Assembly (NCBI RefSeq): GCF_009914755.1
Contig: NC_060948.1
Length of the DNA stretch: 64,000 nt
Origin: the human T2T-CHM13v2.0 reference genome, Homo sapiens
Strand: one strand, 5' to 3'
Shown: positions 57,313 to 64,000 of the stretch, one piece after another
How positions within the stretch are numbered: the first letter of the stretch is position 1
Layout: every line of letters begins with the position of its first letter
Notes under the pieces: model-generated
Seen by the model: the letters and a program-made list of their open reading frames with translations, nothing else
Told to the model about the DNA's origin: nothing
Database searches by the model: none
Program-made: the position numbers and the translations under genes

Positions 57313-60300
57313 CCTGGAATAAAGTGGAATGCTACGGTCTCGAATGGAATAAAAATGTATGGAATGGAATGCAATGAAACGGAATCGAATGTCATAGAAT
57401 GTAATGGAATGCAAAAAAATGGAATCCAAAATCATTGACTGGAAAGGCTGGGTGTCGAAAGGAATTGACTCCAATGGAATGGAATCGAATGGAATGGAAG
57501 TGAATAGAATCGAACTAAATCGAATGGAATGGAATTGATAGGAACGGAATGGAAAGGAATGCAATGATTTGGCATGGAATGGAATCGAATGGCATCGAAT
57601 GGAATGGAATGGAATGCAATGGAATGGAATGTATTAGAATGTAATGAACTTTAATGGAATGTACTCGAATGGATTCGACTGGAATGGAATGTTCTGGAAG
57701 TGAATGGACTCCAATGGAATGGATTCAAAAGGAATGGAATCGTACGGAATGGAATCTAATGGAATGGAATTAAATGGAAATGAATCAAATTGAATAGCAC
57801 GGAATTGAATTGAATGGAATGGAATGCAATGGAATCTAATGAAACGGAAAGGAAAGGAATGGAATGGAATGGAATGGGCTGGAATGGAAAGGAATCGAAA
57901 CGAATGGAATGGAATCGAACTGAAGAGACTGGAATGGAATGCACTGGAATGGAAGGGAGTGTAATGGAAGGTTGTCGAAAAAAATGGAATCGAATGGAAT
58001 GGAATTGAATGGAACGGAATAGAGTCGAATGGAATTGAATGGAATGGAATGGACTAGAGTGAAATGGAATCGAACCACAAGGAATGGACAGGAATAGAAT
58101 GGTCTCGAATTGAATGGAATCGTATGGAATGGCATCAAACGGAATGGAATGGACAGCCACGGAATGGAATGCACTCGAATGCAATGGAGTCGAAACTAAT
58201 GGACTGGAATAGAATGGACTCGACTGGTACGGACTCCAATGGAATGGAATCGAATGGAAGGGAATCGAACGGAAGGGAATCGAACGGAATGGACTCGAAG
58301 GGAAAAGACTGCAATGGAAAGGTCTCGAATGGAATGGAAATTAATGGAATGGAATGGAATCGAATGAAATGGAGTCAAAAGGAATGGAATCGAATGGCAA
58401 GAAATCGAATGTAATGGAATCGCCAGGAATTGATGTGAACGGAACGGAATGGAATGGAATCCAAAGGAATGGAATAGAATGGAATGGAATCGAATGGAAA
58501 GGACTCGAATGGAAATCACTCGAATAGAATGCAATTTAATAAAATAGGATCAAATGTAATGGAATGGAATGGAAAGGAATCGAAACGAAAGGAATGGAGA
58601 CAGATGGAATGGAATGGAACAGAGAGCAATGGTATAGAATGGAATGGAATCATCTGGAATGGAATTGAATGGAATGGAATAATATGAAATGGAATGGAAT
58701 GGAATGGAGTGGAATGCCCTTGAATTAAATGGACTGGAATGGAATGGACTCAAACAGAGTGGAATGGAAAGTGTGGAGATAGAATGGAATGAACTCCTTT
58801 GGAATGGTGTAGTATGCAATGCAATCGACTGGCAGGGAATCAAAAGGAATGTAATCGAATGGATTGGACTGGAATGTAATGGACTCGAATAGATTGGAAA
58901 CGGAATGCAAAGGAATGGAATGGAATAGTATGGAATGCAATGGAAGGGAATGGAGTGGAATAGACTAGAGTGGAATGGAATGGACTGGAAAGCAATGGAC
59001 TGGAATGGAACTTTCTTGGATGGACTGGAATCAAACGGAATGGAATGCAATGCAATCAAATGGCATGGAATAAAATAGAATGAAAGAGAATCAAATGGAA
59101 TTGAATCGAATGGAATCAAATGGATTGGAAAGAAATAGAATGGAATGGAATGGAATTGACTCAAATGGAATGGACTAGAATGGAATGGATTCGAATGGAA
59201 GGCAAAGGAATGGAATCTATTGGAATGGACTGTAATGGAATGGAATGGAAGGGATTGGAATGGACTCGAATGGAATGGACTGCAATAGAAAGGATTCGAA
59301 TGGAATGAAAAAGAATTGAATGGAATAGAACAGAATGGAATCAAATCGAATGAAATGGAATGGAATAGAAAGGAATGGAATGAAATGGAATGGAAAGGAT
59401 TCGAATGGAATGCAATCAAATGGAATGGAATCGAACGGAATGGAATAAAATGGAAGAAAACTGGCAAGAAATGGAATCGAAATGAATGGAGTGTTATGGA
59501 ACGGACTCAAAAGGAATTGAATGTAATAGAATGGAGTGGAGTGGACTCGAATATAATGGACTGGAATGGAATGAAATCACATGGAATGGGAACGAATGGA
59601 ATGGAATGGAAAGGAATGGAATCGAATGGAAAGGAATCGAATGGAAGGGAATGAAATTGAATCAACAGGAATGGAAGGGAATAGAATAGACTGTAATGGA
59701 ATGGACTCGAATAGAATGGACACGAATGCTCAAATTAAATGGACTCGAATGGAATGGAAACGAAAGGAATGTCATCGAATGGAATTGAATCGATTGGAAT
59801 GAAATCGCATAGAATGGAGTGGAATCAAATGGAATTGAATCGAAAGGAAAGGAAGCGAATGGACTGAAATGAAATGGAATGGAATTGAATGGAAAGTAAT
59901 GCAATGGAATAGAATGGAACGAAATTTCACGGAATGGAATCAAACTGAATGGAATCAAATCAATGGAATCAAATCAAATGGAATGGAAAGGAATTGAATG
60001 GAGTAGATGGGATTGGATGGGATTGGAATGAAATGTACTGGAAAGGACTCGAATTTCATGAAACGGAATGGAATGAATTGGAACGGAATGGACTCGAATG
60101 GAATGGAATGTCATGGGATGGCATCAAATGGAATGGCATCAAATGGAATGGAATCGAATGCAATGGAATGCTATGGAATGGAATGGAATGCATTGGAATG
60201 GAATGTCCTCTAATGGAATGGATTCGAGTGGAATGGAATTGAATATAATGGAGTCGAATGAAATGGAATTGAAAGGAATGGGATCGAATACAATGGAATA

Positions 60301-60896
60301 TACTGGAATGTAACGTAATGAACTCGAATGTAATTGACTGGAATGGAATGTACATGAATGGAATGTAATCGAATGGAAAGTAATCCAATGGAATAGAATC
60401 TAATGCAATAAAATCGACTCAGATAGAGTAGAATGTAATGGAATGGAGTGCAGTGCAATGGAATGGAATGGAATGGAATGCAATGGAATGGAATGGAATG
60501 GAATGGAATGGAATGGAATGGAATGGAATGGGATGGAATGGTATGGAATGGATAGTAAAGGACTGGAGTGAAATGGACTGGAAAGGAATGGACTCAAATT
60601 GAAAGGGCTCGAAAGGAATGGAGTCAAATGGAATGGTCTGGAATGGAATGAACACGAATGTAATGCAACCCAATAGAATGGAATCGAATGGCATGGAATA
60701 TAAAGAAATGGAATCGAAGAGAATGGAAACAAATGGAATGGAATTGAATGGAATGGAATTGAATGGAATGGGAACGAATGGAGTGAAATTGTATGCAGTA
60801 GAAGAGAATAGAATGGAATGCAAGCGAAAGGAAAGGAATGGATTGGAATGGAATGGAATTCATTGGAATGGAAGGGAATGTAGTGTAATGGACAGG
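57313..60896. repeat. DYZ1 unit U17 (3584 bp)
   Basis: HaeIII interval; long allele, n=9. Confidence 0.93.
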
Positions 60897-63800
60897 CCTG
60901 GAATAAAGTGGAATGCTACGGTCTCGAATGGAATAAAAATGTATGGAATGGAATGCAATGAAACGGAATCGAATGTCATAGAATGTAATGGAATGCAAAA
61001 AAATGGAATCCAAAATCATTGACTGGAAAGGCTGGGTGTCGAAAGGAATTGACTCCAATGGAATGGAATCGAATGGAATGGAAGTGAATAGAATCGAACT
61101 AAATCGAATGGAATGGAATTGATAGGAACGGAATGGAAAGGAATGCAATGATTTGGCATGGAATGGAATCGAATGGCATCGAATGGAATGGAATGGAATG
61201 CAATGGAATGGAATGTATTAGAATGTAATGAACTTTAATGGAATGTACTCGAATGGATTCGACTGGAATGGAATGTTCTGGAAGTGAATGGACTCCAATG
61301 GAATGGATTCAAAAGGAATGGAATCGTACGGAATGGAATCTAATGGAATGGAATTAAATGGAAATGAATCAAATTGAATAGCACGGAATTGAATTGAATG
61401 GAATGGAATGCAATGGAATCTAATGAAACGGAAAGGAAAGGAATGGAATGGAATGGAATGGGCTGGAATGGAAAGGAATCGAAACGAATGGAATGGAATC
61501 GAACTGAAGAGACTGGAATGGAATGCACTGGAATGGAAGGGAGTGTAATGGAAGGTTGTCGAAAAAAATGGAATCGAATGGAATGGAATTGAATGGAACG
61601 GAATAGAGTCGAATGGAATTGAATGGAATGGAATGGACTAGAGTGAAATGGAATCGAACCACAAGGAATGGACAGGAATAGAATGGTCTCGAATTGAATG
61701 GAATCGTATGGAATGGCATCAAACGGAATGGAATGGACAGCCACGGAATGGAATGCACTCGAATGCAATGGAGTCGAAACAAATGGACTGGAATAGAATG
61801 GACTCGACTGGTACGGACTCCAATGGAATGGAATCGAATGGAAGGGAATCGAACGGAAGGGAATCGAACGGAATGGACTCGAAGGGAAAAGACTGCAATG
61901 GAAAGGTCTCGAATGGAATGGAAATTAATGGAATGGAATGGAATCGAATGAAATGGAGTCAAAAGGAATGGAATCGAATGGCAAGAAATCGAATGTAATG
62001 GAATCGCCAGGAATTGATGTGAACGGAACGGAATGGAATGGAATCCAAAGGAATGGAATAGAATGGAATGGAATCGAATGGAAAGGACTCGAATGGAAAT
62101 CACTCGAATAGAATGCAATTTAATAAAATAGGATCAAATGTAATGGAATGGAATGGAAAGGAATCGAAACGAAAGGAATGGAGACAGATGGAATGGAATG
62201 GAACAGAGAGCAATGGTATAGAATGGAATGGAATCATCTGGAATGGAATTGAATGGAATGGAATAATATGAAATGGAATGGAATGGAATGGAATGGAATG
62301 CCCTTGAATTAAATGGACTGGAATGGAATGGACTCAAACAGAGTGGAATGGAAAGTGTGGAGATAGAATGGAATGAACTCCTTTGGAATGGTGTAGTATG
62401 CAATGCAATCGACTGGCAGGGAATCAAAAGGAATGTAATCGAATGGATTGGACTGGAATGCAATGGACTCGAATAGATTGGAAACGGAATGCAAAGGAAT
62501 GGAATGGAATAGTATGGAATGCAATGGAAGGGAATGGAGTGGAATAGACTAGAGTGGAATGGAATGGACTGGAAAGCAATGGACTGGAATGGAACTTTCT
62601 TGGATGGACTGGAACCAAACGGAATGGAATGCAATGCAATCAAATGGCATGGAATAAAATAGAATGAAAGAGAATCAAATGGAATTGAATCGAATGGAAT
62701 CGAATGGATTGGAAAGGAATAGAATGGAATGGAATGGAATTGACTCAAATGGAATGGACTAGAATGGAATGGATTCGAATGGAAGGCAAAGGAATGGAAT
62801 CTATTGGAATGGACTGTAATGGAATGGAATGGAAGGGATTGGAATGGACTCGAATGGAATGGACTGCAATAGAAAGGATTCGAATGGAATGAAAAAGAAT
62901 TGAATGGAATAGAACAGAATGGAATCAAATCGAATGAAATGGAATGGAATAGAAAGGAATGGAATGAAATGGAATGGAAAGGATTCGAATGGAATGCAAT
63001 CGAATGGAATGGAATCGAACGGAATGGAATAAAATGGAAGAAAACTGGCAAGAAATGGAATCGAAATGAATGGAGTGTTATGGAACGGACTCAAAAGGAA
63101 TTGAATGTAATAGAATGGAGTGGAGTGGACTCGAATATAATGGACTGGAATGGAATGAAATCACATGGAATGGGAACGAATGGAATGGAATGGAAAGGAA
63201 TGGAATCGAATGGAAAGGAATCGAATGGAAGGGAATGAAATTGAATCAACACGAATGGAAGGGAATAGAATAGACTGTAATGGAATGGACTCGAATAGAA
63301 TGGACACGAATGCTCAAATTAAATGGACTCGAATGGAATGGAAACGAAAGGAATGTCATCGAATGGAATTGAATCGATTGGAATGACATCGCATAGAATG
63401 GAGTGGAATCAAATGGAATTGAATCGAAAGGAAAGGAAGCGAATGGACTGAAATGAAATGGAATGGAATTGAATGGAAAGTAATGCAATGGAATAGAATG
63501 GAACGAAATTTCACGGAATGGAATCAAACTGAATGGAATCAAATCAATGGAATCAAATCAAATGGAATGGAAAGGAATTGAATGGAGTAGATGGGATTGG
63601 ATGGGATTGGAATGAAATGTACTGGAAAGGACTCGAATTTCATGAAACGGAATGGAATGAATTGGAACGGAATGGACTCGAATGGAATGGAATGTCATGG
63701 GATGGCATCAAATGTAATGGCATCAAATGGAATGGAATCGAATGCAGTGGAATGCTATGGAATGGAATGGAATGCATTGGAATGGAATGTCCTCTAATGG

Positions 63801-64000
63801 AATGGATTCGAGTGGAATGGAATTGAATATAATGGAGTCGAATGAAATGGAATTGAAAGGAATGGGATCGAATACAATGGAATATACTGGAATGTAACGT
63901 AATGAACTCGAATGTAATTGACTGGAATGGAATGTACATGAATGGAATGTAATCGAATGGAAAGTAATCCAATGGAATAGAATCTAATGCAATAAAATCG
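60897..64000. repeat. DYZ1 unit U18 (partial, truncated by window end)
   Basis: Colinear with the other units up to the window end. Confidence 0.92.

Larger units (their letters stand above)
1..64000. repeat. DYZ1: Human Satellite III (HSat3) array, DYZ1 ~3.6 kb repeat family (Yq12 heterochromatin)
   Basis: Continuous diverged (GGAAT)n with ~3.57 kb periodicity: the landmark ACAGGCCTGG recurs with GGCC at 144, 3732, 7291, 10884, 14458, 18027, 21611, 25170, 28739, 32298, 35857, 39416, 42995, 46579, 50163, 53737, 57311, 60895. The reverse complement around 60-145 (CCTGTCCATTACACTACATTCCCTTCCATTCCAATGAATTCC...) matches the start of the DYZ1 monomer as I recall it. One HaeIII and one EcoRI site per unit is characteristic of DYZ1. 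Confidence 0.96.

Noticed and set aside
1-64000. CRISPR-like or cassette-like repeat-spacer system
   Set aside because: There are no unique spacers; the units are near-identical along their entire length. There are no associated genes.
1-64000. DYZ2 (AT-rich HSat1B + Alu) blocks, retroelement insertions, inversions, or HSat2/chr9 HSat3 identity
   Set aside because: No AT-rich, Alu or CATTC-strand segment is seen. The 3.57 kb period and diagnostic sites fit DYZ1 rather than other HSat2/3 subfamilies.

Overview
The whole 64 kb window is one uninterrupted human Satellite III (HSat3) array of diverged GGAAT/ATTCC pentamers. It is organised into a ~3.57 kb unit that I recognise as the Y-chromosome DYZ1 repeat (Yq12 heterochromatin). 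There are 17 complete units of 3559-3593 bp plus partial units at both ends, all head-to-tail with the GGAAT strand on +. Each unit carries one HaeIII/StuI site (AGGCCT) and one EcoRI site, and the classic DYZ1 sexing-PCR primer sites are present. I find no genes, RNA genes, transposons, DYZ2/Alu segments or inversions; all listed ORFs are translation artefacts of the pentamer. I cannot support a new gene system here. The structure worth a second look is: (1) canonical three-pentamer heat-shock elements (nGAAnnTTCnnGAAn) written in register into the GAA lattice, one invariant in all 18 units and one broken by two independent SNVs in 12 of 18; (2) variant-sharing patterns that show 7.15 kb dimer duplications, single-unit duplications and mosaic (conversion-like) units; (3) all unit-length variation explained by four loci; (4) only four fixed slips of the 5-bp register per unit. 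Units U1-U18 are numbered from the GG^CC cut at 145/146. Variant calls were made by eye and should be confirmed by alignment.
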